DNA of 64,000 nt from Promethearchaeota archaeon. Its GTDB lineage: Archaea > Asgardarchaeota > Hermodarchaeia > Hermodarchaeales > Hermodarchaeaceae. A program made the translations under genes and the position numbers. Location: NCBI GenBank assembly GCA_048939625.1, contig JBHLPH010000001.1, positions 64,001 to 128,000 of the forward strand. Direction: 5' to 3'. The notes beneath the pieces were generated by a model. It saw nothing but the letters and a program-made list of their open reading frames with translations, did not search any database and was not told the origin of the DNA. Below, piece after piece: positions 49,497 through 58,875 of the stretch; the stretch's first letter is position 1; the number at the start of each line of letters is the position of its first letter.

Positions 49497-50036
49497 TTGA
49501 TGACAAACCTATGGCGCGATTTACCCCCGGGGCCTAATCCTCCTAAACGAGTCAATGTGATTGTGGAAGTTCCGAAGGGAGAGACGAATAAATATGAATA
49601 CGACCACAAATGGGGAGTGTTTCGCCTTGACAGGGTCCTATACGGGGCACTCTATTTTCCCGCAGACTACGGTATCATCCCCCAAACCTGGTATGATGAT
49701 AATGATCCACTTGATATCATGGTGTTGACTTCAAAAGCCACATTTACCGGATGTGTTCTGGAAGCACGACCCATCGGAGTTCTCACAATGGAAGATGAAA
49801 AAGGCGAAGATGATAAGATCATCGCGGTCCCGGTTAATGATCCTCGATTCGACGAGCTTACTGATTGCTCGATGATGGCCAAACACCTCCGTGCTGAGAT
49901 TGCAGATTTCTTCTTGAACTATAAGAACCTGGAACCCCGAAAATGGGTAAAAGTCAAAGTATGGAAAGACTCACTCCCTGCAGAAAAAATCATCACGCAT
50001 GCCATTGAACAATACAGGGTGCAAATGAACCAGTAG
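49497..50036 (+). CDS. ppa: Family I inorganic pyrophosphatase
   Basis: NKYEYD, LDRVL, YGIIPQT, DNDPLD, DDKII, YKNLE. Confidence 0.95.
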   Translation: MMTNLWRDLPPGPNPPKRVNVIVEVPKGETNKYEYDHKWGVFRLDRVLYGALYFPADYGIIPQTWYDDNDPLDIMVLTSKATFTGCVLEARPIGVLTMEDEKGEDDKIIAVPVNDPRFDELTDCSMMAKHLRAEIADFFLNYKNLEPRKWVKVKVWKDSLPAEKIITHAIEQYRVQMNQ

Positions 50037-50039
50037 CCG

Positions 50040-50615
50040 TTACGAACGTTGTTTTTCATCTCGATGGCGCGCAAAATATAACCGTATACTCGGAACCAAA
50101 AACGGGGTTCTCTTCTTGTACGCCAAATATTCTGCACCAAAACGATGTTCTAAATTCGGTTCTTCACGTTTTTTTATTATGATAATTTGCACTATAATGA
50201 CTATCAATGGAATAACGAGAGTCATAGCAAGGGATCTGAAGAGCAAACCCATTCCAGCAGGGAGTAATGTATATCCAAAAGTCATAGGGTTTCGTGTATA
50301 AGCAAAAATCCCTGTCGTGAGAAGAATAGATGACTGCGATCTTTGATCTGCCTCACCCCAAGGTAATCCTCTCCCAATCTCTCTTAATTGTCTGGTTGCC
50401 TTAATCCCAATTACAGCACCTCCTACCATAACGAAAATACCAGAAAAGATGTTAAAAGGAATTGGTGGAAATGGTGGAAGGTGTAATAGTAGATCAACCA
50501 TAGTGCCGAGTAGAAAAGTCCCCAGGGGGACTAGAATGAAGATCAAAATATAAGGAATCAAATAACGTAAACGAATAACTGGTTTTGTAGTGTTAGAGGC
50601 AGTAGGGGTGGTCAT
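50040..50615 (-). CDS. Isoprenylcysteine carboxyl methyltransferase/PEMT-family membrane methyltransferase
   Basis: TTGIFAYTRNPM, EEPNLEHRFGAEYLAYKKRTP. Confidence 0.88.
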   Translation of the reverse strand: MTTPTASNTTKPVIRLRYLIPYILIFILVPLGTFLLGTMVDLLLHLPPFPPIPFNIFSGIFVMVGGAVIGIKATRQLREIGRGLPWGEADQRSQSSILLTTGIFAYTRNPMTFGYTLLPAGMGLLFRSLAMTLVIPLIVIIVQIIIIKKREEPNLEHRFGAEYLAYKKRTPFLVPSIRLYFARHRDEKQRS

Positions 50616-50633
50616 AGAGGTGCCATCCGAGAA

Positions 50634-50710
50634 TGGCGGGCCCGCGGGGATTCGAACCCCGGTTTTTCGGCTTAGAGGGCCGATGCCTTATCCAGCTTGG
50701 CCACGGGCCC
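50634..50710 (-). tRNA. tRNA-Arg(UCU), intron-less, CCA encoded
   Basis: GGGCCCG/CGGGCCC acceptor, D-loop with GG and A20, TCGGC-CCTCTAA-GCCGA anticodon arm, CGGGG-TTCGAAT-CCCCG T arm, G73-CCA. Confidence 0.93.
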
Positions 50711-50820
50711 GAATTGAGTGGATTAAGGAATTCGGGAAGTTCGCAACTGATAGCAGTGAGAGCCGGATATATTTTTATCTGTACATCGTGATGAGGGAAG
50801 TGTGTTGCGGTGGTGTCTCG

Positions 50821-51036
50821 ATGGAAGCGGATTTTAACCTGACAGAGATGGCGTTACGAAGCGGTCTTACCGAATTGCAAATGACAGAAACCAAGACAGT
50901 ACGGTCACTTTTAAAGGAATTGGGGTTACTTTACCGACATTATGTCGTCTTGGTTGATGGAAGACGAGCCCATCTTGAAGATGAAATCGTTGAAGGACAA
51001 CGCGTAATCGTTCTTCCAATCATTGCAGGTGGATAA
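50821..51036 (+). CDS. MoaD/ThiS/SAMP ubiquitin-like sulfur carrier
   Basis: 71 aa with a beta-grasp pattern ending LPIIAGG. The longer ORF-track version overlaps the tRNA and is an artefact. Confidence 0.85.
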   Translation: MEADFNLTEMALRSGLTELQMTETKTVRSLLKELGLLYRHYVVLVDGRRAHLEDEIVEGQRVIVLPIIAGG

Positions 51037-51105
51037 GAGACGATTCATTATTTTTTACAGGGTATTTAGTAGAATTTTGTTTGGATATTTCTACCAGAAA
51101 ATCTT

Positions 51106-51622
51106 GTGAACTGCTCCTACATAGATGAAGGAGCTTCCATCTAGTCCACTCTAGAGAGGACATTGGGGAGGGCTGTATGTCGATGCAAGCTAGCCCAAAA
51201 CGCATGGATTAGCGCCCCGTTCACAGGGGGTTGCTGCAATAAGAACCGTAATATAATCTGCATAAAGACGGCAAAGGGTCATTTGAAGTACTTTGGAGTT
51301 GACTCAGGCGTATTCTGGGTATTGTGTTTTAAGGGCAGGCAAGGTGTTTTGTTGTTGGGTATAGGTGATCTATTACGTTGGGCTTCAGGCTTCGAGTGAA
51401 CCGTCGCCCCATGATTGCGTCGTTCAGCAAGAGCGAAGTTATAAAGGAGGCGGCATTTTTCTGACAGGACCCAAAGGACTTGAGCCTGTTCAGTTGTCGA
51501 AGTGATGCGGATTTTTCGTTTTAGCAGCATCGAGGTCATGCTGGGACTAGATGGGAAGTCAATATTTTTCAGTCTGGTGGAGTGGTCCGGATAAGTATCA
51601 AGTCAGTTCATACTTGATATCC
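51106..51622 (-). mobile_element. Non-autonomous, internally deleted IS200/IS605 (IS1341-like) element
   Basis: Right end GGAAGCTCCT-N10-AGGAGCAGTTCAC; candidate left-end palindrome TATCAAGT-N8-ACTTGATA (51596-51619); tnpB remnant between them; no tnpA. Left boundary approximate. Confidence 0.75.
51140..51530 (-). pseudogene. tnpB: tnpB pseudogene (N-terminal HTH/wedge joined to C-terminal tail; RuvC/ZnF deleted)
   Basis: MLLKRKIRI..EKCRLLYNFALAER; frameshifted ITYTQQQNTLPALKTQYPEYA*VNSKVLQMTL; then tail RFLLQQPPVNG..LHRHTALP. Confidence 0.8.
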
Positions 51623-51716
51623 AAAAAGAGGTTTCTTAACGAAGAAGTTAAAAACAACCTTTGAGTATTCGGGTTCACTCCGGTAAGAAGTTCTCATTAC
51701 ATGATGGTGTTTAACT

Positions 51717-53093
51717 GTGAAGAAAATGACAACATTGATTCCCATCCTGGTCTTACTAGCCATGCTGATACTGAGCCCAATCATTGCGCCAACTATTAGC
51801 TTACAACTAGGAGAGTCAGGAAAGAACAATCTATTGCAATCAAAGAGCCCTCCAGCTCCACAGATCACAGCGGACTGGCTTGATGTCAACCTTGATGTAG
51901 AATTCGGTTTTGATAGTGATTCGGTGACCATTGGATGGACCGGACGTCCCCGAACTGGCACACAATCCCCCTTTAATCCCCTTTATACCTGGACGAAATC
52001 TGGCTCTATTGATGGTGGAATCTGGGAAGGCAATCCTGGAAATGCCACAATTTCAGCTGTTGCGTGGGATAATACTACAACAGCTTCTGAAGTCAGCGAT
52101 TTCTTGAATTACACCATGGAAAACTACGTACGTTTTACCAGTTATCCCTCCCTTAGTAGCTTTAACTTTACAGACTACGAGAATCAAACCACCTGGCTTT
52201 TTAATGACGTGATTGCCTCACATGAAGAATTTCTTAACAACACGTTCTATCTTGTAAACAACGCTACAGCGTACCTTATGGATGGTTTTAATGCAACCGG
52301 AATCATCGGAAGTCTCAGTGAATATCACATTCATCTTGAATGGTTCGAGAGCGACCCAATTGCTGATGTGACCTTCACCTACACCATCTCGGATATCATA
52401 ACCCAGATAGGGAACACCTACGACTTTCGCCTTGGAGATGCTTTTGGCTATTCTGCTCCTCTGGATCTAACTGGCGAAGGCACTGTAATTATTAATGCCC
52501 CACATAATCGTGTCTACTTGAATGGAACCCCCACGTGGGTATTTGAGGATAAGCCCTTCCCTTTCTATCCAATAGGCACTGAGGAATATTCGCTGTCAGA
52601 TTCTACTGAGGATTTTGAGTACTGGATTTCCTTCCAAGAGGGATCCTCGGTACTGTCCATTACCCGAGAGCTCAGCACGAACGTCCTCAATCGTGGTGAT
52701 CTCCTGACTGTAAGAATCATAGTTGAAAACACTGGAAATACCATCTTTACTGAAGCGATAATTCGGGATGTTGTTTCAATTGAAACGGGTGTATTCCAGC
52801 TCGTTAGTGGAATCGCATCGACAACCATTCAAGACCTTCATCCTGGCGAAAACGTCACCCTTGAGTACACTGCTATGGCACTTCAAGCAGGTATCTACGA
52901 ATATCCCTCAGTCATCATCGTGGGTTTTGATGTGTTCAGCAGCCAACACACCTTTACTTCCATGACCGAATCGATTACCATCGGAAGTGGTTTAATCCCA
53001 AGTGAACTCTCCCTAATCGGGATAGTTGTCGCCATTATCATTATCTTCATTATTCTACTCATCCTCTATCGGTTCCGACGACGAATCTTCTAG
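51717..53093 (+). CDS. Membrane-anchored surface glycoprotein with C-terminal DUF11/BatD-like Ig domain
   Basis: Signal peptide, about 10 N-x-S/T sequons, GDLLTVRIIVENTGN...LHPGENVTLEY, C-terminal TM plus RFRRR. Confidence 0.8.
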   Translation: MKKMTTLIPILVLLAMLILSPIIAPTISLQLGESGKNNLLQSKSPPAPQITADWLDVNLDVEFGFDSDSVTIGWTGRPRTGTQSPFNPLYTWTKSGSIDGGIWEGNPGNATISAVAWDNTTTASEVSDFLNYTMENYVRFTSYPSLSSFNFTDYENQTTWLFNDVIASHEEFLNNTFYLVNNATAYLMDGFNATGIIGSLSEYHIHLEWFESDPIADVTFTYTISDIITQIGNTYDFRLGDAFGYSAPLDLTGEGTVIINAPHNRVYLNGTPTWVFEDKPFPFYPIGTEEYSLSDSTEDFEYWISFQEGSSVLSITRELSTNVLNRGDLLTVRIIVENTGNTIFTEAIIRDVVSIETGVFQLVSGIASTTIQDLHPGENVTLEYTAMALQAGIYEYPSVIIVGFDVFSSQHTFTSMTESITIGSGLIPSELSLIGIVVAIIIIFIILLILYRFRRRIF

Positions 53094-53216
53094 CCAAATC
53101 TTCAACCGCATAAATCCGATTTTCGGTAAAAAAGACTCAATATGAGGACGTAAGATTAAGTTGGGCAAAGTCCTAAAAGCTCAAAACCCTAAGATGCCTA
53201 CAGGCGGTTGTTCAAT

Positions 53217-54572
53217 ATGCCAATAGAGGAACCTGCCGGATATCTCGGCAATGCTCAGAAAACTCTTAGCAAAGCAAAGGTCCGGATTGGAGATCGCATA
53301 TCCATCGAAACTACTGATAACACCTTTGAAGGGATTGTAATTCCTCGTGCAGAAATTGGTGCTGATGACCAACACATAGTCCTCAAACTGGATTCTGGAT
53401 ATAATGTGGGTATTCATGTTGATAATATTAAGCAACTCAAACGGGTAGCCGCAGGAAGAGAAGTTCAACCCGAAATGCCTTCAGTTCTGAGGAAAACTAA
53501 GAAAGGATTACCCTGGGTCAGTATCTTGAGTACCGGAGGAACCATTGCCAGTCGGGTTGACTACCATACGGGCGCTGTCAATCCTGCCTTAACAGCAGAT
53601 GATCTCTATACAGTCGTCCCAGAACTAGGTGAGTTGGCAAATATTCGTGCTGAGGTCCTACTTAGCATATTTAGTGAAAACCTACTCCCAAGCCATTGGA
53701 CAGCAATCGCTAAACAGACGGCAAACCATCTTGAGGAGTCCGAAGGCGTTGTAATTGCTCATGGGACAGATACAATGGGATATACGGCTGCAGCACTTAG
53801 TTTTGCCCTCCAACACCTCCCGCGTCCAGTAATTCTAACGGGTTCACAGCGATCGTCTGACCGCCCATCTTCGGATGCGGCCTTGAATTTAACAGGTGCG
53901 GTTATCACAGCGTGTCAAGCACCCTTTGCCGAAGTTGTAATCGCAATGCATCGCTCCCCGGATGATACCCGAATAGCCCTACACCCAGGAACCCAGGTTC
54001 GTAAATGTCACACCAGCCGCCGAGATGCTTTCTTGACCATCAACGCAGACGTGCTAGGCGAGGTCAAAGATGGAAAGTTGCATATGTTCGTCGATAAGTC
54101 TTTGTACCGCCATCGTGATACTAAGCGAAAACTAAAATTGCAGCCTAACTTCGACGCCAAAGTTGCATTATTGAAAACCACCCCCGGGATAACTGGTGAA
54201 CTAGTTGATACACTTATTGATCGCAACTATCACGGAATAGTCCTCGAAGGAACTGGGCTTGGCCATGCCCCTGAATCGATGTTCGCTGCAATTGAAAGAG
54301 CCCGAGAAGAACGCATTCCGATTGTGATGACGTCTCAGTGCATTTGGGGGCGCGTTCAGATGCGCGTTTACCGAACAGGAGTGGAATTAGTCCAACGCGG
54401 AGTCATCCCCGCCGAGGACATGATTGCGGAGACAGCTTACGTGAAGTTAATGTGGGTTCTGGCTCAAACTCGTGACCCTTCCGAAGTTCGGAAAAAAATG
54501 CTGAAAAACCTCACTGGAGAGATAACAGACCGTTCGAAACGCAGTCAATACGAGGAGATGAGTCAAGGATGA
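53217..54572 (+). CDS. gatD: Glu-tRNA(Gln) amidotransferase subunit D
   Basis: KLDSGYNVG, STGGTIASRVDY, HGTDTM, GSQRSSDRPSSD, HTSRRDAF. Confidence 0.96.
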   Translation: MPIEEPAGYLGNAQKTLSKAKVRIGDRISIETTDNTFEGIVIPRAEIGADDQHIVLKLDSGYNVGIHVDNIKQLKRVAAGREVQPEMPSVLRKTKKGLPWVSILSTGGTIASRVDYHTGAVNPALTADDLYTVVPELGELANIRAEVLLSIFSENLLPSHWTAIAKQTANHLEESEGVVIAHGTDTMGYTAAALSFALQHLPRPVILTGSQRSSDRPSSDAALNLTGAVITACQAPFAEVVIAMHRSPDDTRIALHPGTQVRKCHTSRRDAFLTINADVLGEVKDGKLHMFVDKSLYRHRDTKRKLKLQPNFDAKVALLKTTPGITGELVDTLIDRNYHGIVLEGTGLGHAPESMFAAIERAREERIPIVMTSQCIWGRVQMRVYRTGVELVQRGVIPAEDMIAETAYVKLMWVLAQTRDPSEVRKKMLKNLTGEITDRSKRSQYEEMSQG

Positions 54573-56476
54573 CTCCCATAGATTTCGAGAAAGTGGGAGC
54601 TCTCATTGGTATTGAGGTTCATCAGCAGTTGGATACGAAAACCAAATTATTCTGTAATTGTCCTACTGCAATCCGAGAAGATGACCCCGATTTCACTTTT
54701 CTCCGTCGCTTGCGTCCAACTCAGAGTGAACTTGGTGAGGTAGATCCTGCTGCGCTGTTTGAATTCCAGAAAGGTCGAGTTCACATTTATGAAAACTATG
54801 ATGATAGTGTCTGTTTAGTGGAACAGGATGAAGAACCACCCCACCTTCTAGATGAAGAAGCGGTAGATTTCGCCTTAGAAATTTCGCTACTAATGAAAGC
54901 ACAACCTGTAGATGAGATTCAGGTTATGCGTAAGCTAGTCATTGATGGCTCTAACACAACAGGTTTCCAACGAAGCGTCGTCGTCGCTTTTGGTGGATTA
55001 ATTAATGTAAATGGATTGACTGTGCCAATCCAAACCATCGGCGTAGAAGAAGATGCGGCAAGAAAAATCCGAGACGAAGGATTTCGAACCTATTGGCGTC
55101 TTGACCGTTTGGGAATTCCGCTCATTGAGGTTGCGACCGCACCTGTAATGAAAACGCCCCAACAGGTTTTAGATACGGCTCTTCGTATCGGACAAATCTT
55201 CAGAGTCACTGGAAAAGTCAAACGAGGTTTGGGAACAATTCGCCAAGATATTAATGTATCAATCGAAGGGGGAGCCATTATAGAAATAAAGGGAGTTCAA
55301 AAACTGAATCTCATTGGTCAAGTGGTCCAATTTGAGGTTCAACGACAGATTGAACTCCTTAAATTGCGTGACGAATTGAAGCAAAAAGGCATCCGTCCCA
55401 GCCAAATAAAGAAAGACATTCATGATGTCTCGGAGCTATTTCGGCAGAGTAAAAGCAAAGTTATCAAGGCAGCACTTAAACGAAATGAAGGTGTTTATGC
55501 CTTGGTGCTTCCAGGATTCACCGGGTTTGTTGGGCGGGAGATACAGCCTGGTCGTCGACTAGGAAGTGAGTTTGCGGATTATGCGAAATTCTGGGGCGGA
55601 GTTCAAGGACTATTCCATACCGATGAACTCCCTAATTATGGAATTACCGCCGAAGAAGTATCACAATTACGGAGTAATATCAAAGCCGAAACGAAAGATG
55701 CTGTTATCATTGTTGCTGCATCGGAATCCGCGTCTATGGAAGCACTCAAAGCAGTTGCTGAACGAGCAAAAGAAGCACTGAAAGGTGTACCAGCAGAAAC
55801 TCGAGGTCCAATAGAGAATGGTACAACGCATTACTCCCGACCAAGACCTGGTGCGGCTCGCATGTATCCAGAAACGGATGTGGCACCTGTTGTAGTGACC
55901 ACTGAACGGCTTGCTCGTATTCGTGCAGGCTTACCTGAGTTGCCAGAGGAAAAATTGCAGAAATTCCGGGACGAGTATCAACTTAGCGATGAGTTAGCAG
56001 GAATTATGATTCGTTCTCTCCGAATTGACCTTTTTGAGCAGATCACCAACAAACATCCGTCTTTAGCCGTCACAGCTGCTTCAGCTCTTGAAACAACATG
56101 GCGGAATCTCGAACGAGAAGGCTTGGCAGTTGATGACATATCTGAAAAACAGATCCTGCTTTTATTTGATCGACTAGCAGAGGAAAAATTTGCCAAGGAA
56201 GCCATTGAAGAGCTTCTGACATGGTTAGCGAAAAATCAAGAGAAATCAGTGGATGATGCCATCACCGATCTCGGGTTAGGTGTGATCTCCCGAAAAGAGC
56301 TTAAGTCTATTATTGATAAGATTGTTGAATCAAATGCTTCGATGGTTACCGAGCGTGGAGAAAGAGCTATTGGCCCACTCATGGGTATGGTGATGAAGGA
56401 AGTAAGAGGGCGGGCTGATGGAAAACTGGTAAATGAATTATTACAAAATGCAGTAAAAGCGCATCTTATGAACTAA
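54569..56476 (+). CDS. gatE: Glu-tRNA(Gln) amidotransferase subunit E
   Basis: GIEVHQQL, KLFC, DGSNTTGFQR, LDRLGIPLIE, PGAARMYPETD. Confidence 0.96.
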   Translation: MTPIDFEKVGALIGIEVHQQLDTKTKLFCNCPTAIREDDPDFTFLRRLRPTQSELGEVDPAALFEFQKGRVHIYENYDDSVCLVEQDEEPPHLLDEEAVDFALEISLLMKAQPVDEIQVMRKLVIDGSNTTGFQRSVVVAFGGLINVNGLTVPIQTIGVEEDAARKIRDEGFRTYWRLDRLGIPLIEVATAPVMKTPQQVLDTALRIGQIFRVTGKVKRGLGTIRQDINVSIEGGAIIEIKGVQKLNLIGQVVQFEVQRQIELLKLRDELKQKGIRPSQIKKDIHDVSELFRQSKSKVIKAALKRNEGVYALVLPGFTGFVGREIQPGRRLGSEFADYAKFWGGVQGLFHTDELPNYGITAEEVSQLRSNIKAETKDAVIIVAASESASMEALKAVAERAKEALKGVPAETRGPIENGTTHYSRPRPGAARMYPETDVAPVVVTTERLARIRAGLPELPEEKLQKFRDEYQLSDELAGIMIRSLRIDLFEQITNKHPSLAVTAASALETTWRNLEREGLAVDDISEKQILLLFDRLAEEKFAKEAIEELLTWLAKNQEKSVDDAITDLGLGVISRKELKSIIDKIVESNASMVTERGERAIGPLMGMVMKEVRGRADGKLVNELLQNAVKAHLMN

Positions 56477-56495
56477 TGCAGATATGTAGTGTTTC

Positions 56496-57110
56496 TTAGT
56501 AAATGGCAGCTAAAACCACTAAGATAAGACCAGTAACAACCCCTGCCAACACCATTCGTAATCCCCCTACTATCATATTTGAATTAGCTATTCGCCCCAT
56601 CCAAACACCTAGAATAAACAGGAAAATCATTGTAATAGATACAGAGAAAGCAGCTGCAACGAGAAAATTAGCGGGTAAAATCATGAGAGGGATGAGAGGA
56701 AGAATTGCTGCTGGAAGTGGTGCAAAGCCATGAATAAACGAAGCCCAAATCGTGGCGAACCGCACTGCAGAATTCACTAAACAGCCATCCATTGGGCGTT
56801 GCATTTGTATTTCGAGTTGGTGAATTTCTAATTTTCTTTCCACGCGTTCAGCTTCATAAGCCCCCCATCCACTAGAGATTGCTAACCCAATTGCTGCGGC
56901 TACACTAGCGTTTACTAGAAGCCGAACATCAAAGGGGCTAATAATATTGCCAAAAAAGACAACAGCGGCAAGGGCACCCAGTACAATGGCTACAATGGTT
57001 AAAGCCCCATCAAATGCACCAATCACGATATAGCGACGAGTGAGTGAACCGAGTTCCGTCATTCGCCAATACATTTTCCAGCATTCGATACGTCCCATTG
57101 TCTTTGCCAT
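56496..57110 (-). CDS. VIT1/CCC1-family transporter (archaeal type)
   Basis: RRYIVIGAFDG, GAYEAERVE, FILGVWMGRI. Confidence 0.85.
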   Translation of the reverse strand: MAKTMGRIECWKMYWRMTELGSLTRRYIVIGAFDGALTIVAIVLGALAAVVFFGNIISPFDVRLLVNASVAAAIGLAISSGWGAYEAERVERKLEIHQLEIQMQRPMDGCLVNSAVRFATIWASFIHGFAPLPAAILPLIPLMILPANFLVAAAFSVSITMIFLFILGVWMGRIANSNMIVGGLRMVLAGVVTGLILVVLAAIY

Positions 57111-57229
57111 TATTGTCACCCTAGCCTGTTTACTTGGAAATGAATCAAAGGATACTATTGAAAGGGCTCTAAACCTGAAAAAAGGTAGGCTGTGAAAAGC
57201 AAATTAAGAAATTGAGGGGGGTAGAACCT

Positions 57230-58720
57230 TTAACAATTCAGGAGATTAGGTATTTCACTAATTAGGTGACGGGTTTGATCCCCAGTATCACGGTCCCGAA
57301 TCGTTGCAGTTTGATCCTCTAGACTTTGAGGATCAATTGTTACTGCTTTCGGTATTCCAATTTCATCTGCTCTTGCATACCGACGGCCTATACGTCCACT
57401 GGCATCATATTGAACTGCCAGACCCTGGGACTTACAGACATTATAAAGTGTGGTTGCTTTCTCTTCAATCTTGGATCGATTCAAGAGAGGTAATATTACG
57501 GCTTGGTACGGTGCAAGCGCGTTTGGAAATTGGAACCAGCTCCATCCACGTGCTTTATCTTTAGGTCGGTAAGCATGTTCTAAAATGGCATAGATAACTC
57601 GATCTACACCGAATGAAGGTTCAATAACATGGGGGATTACCTTTCGACCCTCAACATCGATACTTAGATCCTTTTGACTTCCATTCATATGTGATTTGAG
57701 GTCGTGATCTCGCCGATAGGCATTGCCAATTACTTCCTTCCATCCAAAACTAAATTGGACCTCGAGATCGAAATTCCCTCCACTATAGTGTGGTGTTTCT
57801 TCTTTTCGCATATGCCGAAACCGCAACGCATTGTCAGGAATTCCCAAGAGCTTAAAGAATTCCACTTCTTCACCCAAGGTTGCCGCCATCCATTGGTTTG
57901 GGACGTATTTTTTTTCAAAGGCTTCTTGCACACTCAATTGAACTGATTTATACTCAGTACTTCCCTTTTTAGCAGCCTTTTCTTGTTCTTCACGAGTAAC
58001 GAAGTTTAAGGATACTCCTGCGACGTCTTCAATTAATGGACAATCATCCAAAGCCTGAGGATCAATGAAGTATTCGATTTCCATTTGACCAAATTCGCGA
58101 ACCCGAACTATGCTTTGACGTGGAGAAATTTCATTTCGATATGAGCGCCCGATTTGTGCAATGCCAAAAGGTAACTTGGCACGCATGGCTGTTTGGATGC
58201 GCTTGAAACCAAGAAAAATATTCTGAGCGGTTTCAGGTCGAAGGAATGCTTGACGGCGTTCACCACCCACATTTGTTCCAAACATCAATCCGAAGCTTTT
58301 GACTTCACGTAACGGTTCTCCACAAACCGGGCAACGTAATTTCTTTTCTTGCACAATGGCTTGCAATTCCTTGTTGGATTTACCTTCTGCGGGGATTTTC
58401 AACCGCTCTTCGATTAACTGGTCAATGCGGGAAACGTGCCCCTTGGAGCACTCAGCTGATGGGTCAGTAAAATGATCTAAATGCCCTGAAGCTTTGAATA
58501 CCAAGCTGGGTAGAATGGTATTACCACTTACTTCAAATACATAGTCTCGACTTTCAACGAACCGATCTCGCCACAGCTTGATAAGTTGGTTTCGGATTCG
58601 AGTGCCTATGGGACCAAAATCGTAAAATCCAGCAAGCCCTCCGTAGATTTCGGCACTAGGATATAGAATACCACGGCGTAATGAAATAGTCATTACTTCT
58701 TCAAGAAGTGATTTCGGCAT
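57230..58720 (-). CDS. glyS: Glycine--tRNA ligase (archaeal/eukaryotic homodimeric type)
   Basis: IYGGLAGFYDFGP, LRPETAQ, RNEISPRQ, REFGQMEIE, VIEPSFG, IGRRYARADEIG. Confidence 0.96.
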   Translation of the reverse strand: MPKSLLEEVMTISLRRGILYPSAEIYGGLAGFYDFGPIGTRIRNQLIKLWRDRFVESRDYVFEVSGNTILPSLVFKASGHLDHFTDPSAECSKGHVSRIDQLIEERLKIPAEGKSNKELQAIVQEKKLRCPVCGEPLREVKSFGLMFGTNVGGERRQAFLRPETAQNIFLGFKRIQTAMRAKLPFGIAQIGRSYRNEISPRQSIVRVREFGQMEIEYFIDPQALDDCPLIEDVAGVSLNFVTREEQEKAAKKGSTEYKSVQLSVQEAFEKKYVPNQWMAATLGEEVEFFKLLGIPDNALRFRHMRKEETPHYSGGNFDLEVQFSFGWKEVIGNAYRRDHDLKSHMNGSQKDLSIDVEGRKVIPHVIEPSFGVDRVIYAILEHAYRPKDKARGWSWFQFPNALAPYQAVILPLLNRSKIEEKATTLYNVCKSQGLAVQYDASGRIGRRYARADEIGIPKAVTIDPQSLEDQTATIRDRDTGDQTRHLISEIPNLLNC

Positions 58721-58875
58721 TGAAAACCCACACACACAAGGAAGAGTGCACCCTATTAAAGCCTGCTACGTTAATTTTCAACTTTATTCCTTTCTGAAAA
58801 CCGACAAAGGGGACAACTGTGGGTCGAAACATTTTAAGCAATATGTGGGAGTGGTTATTTATCGCTCAGTAAAGC

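Noticed and set aside
50666-50683. Reading the tRNA as an amber (CUA) suppressor or tRNA-Pyl
   Set aside because: Centring CUA destroys the anticodon stem; the 5-bp stem places TCT at 34-36, and A20/G73 fit Arg.
50590-50820. N-terminal extension of the MoaD ORF
   Set aside because: Runs antisense through the tRNA; the real start is most likely 50821.
51069-51094. GTAGAA...TTCTAC hairpin resembling a Cas12a repeat; CRISPR array
   Set aside because: Single copy, no spacers, no cas genes; more likely a terminator. No regularly spaced repeats anywhere in the window.
51304-51306. In-frame TGA in the tnpB remnant as selenocysteine
   Set aside because: Aligns to a usually Trp position in a gene that is also frameshifted and deleted; simple decay. 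No UGA-interrupted redox genes were noticed in the window.
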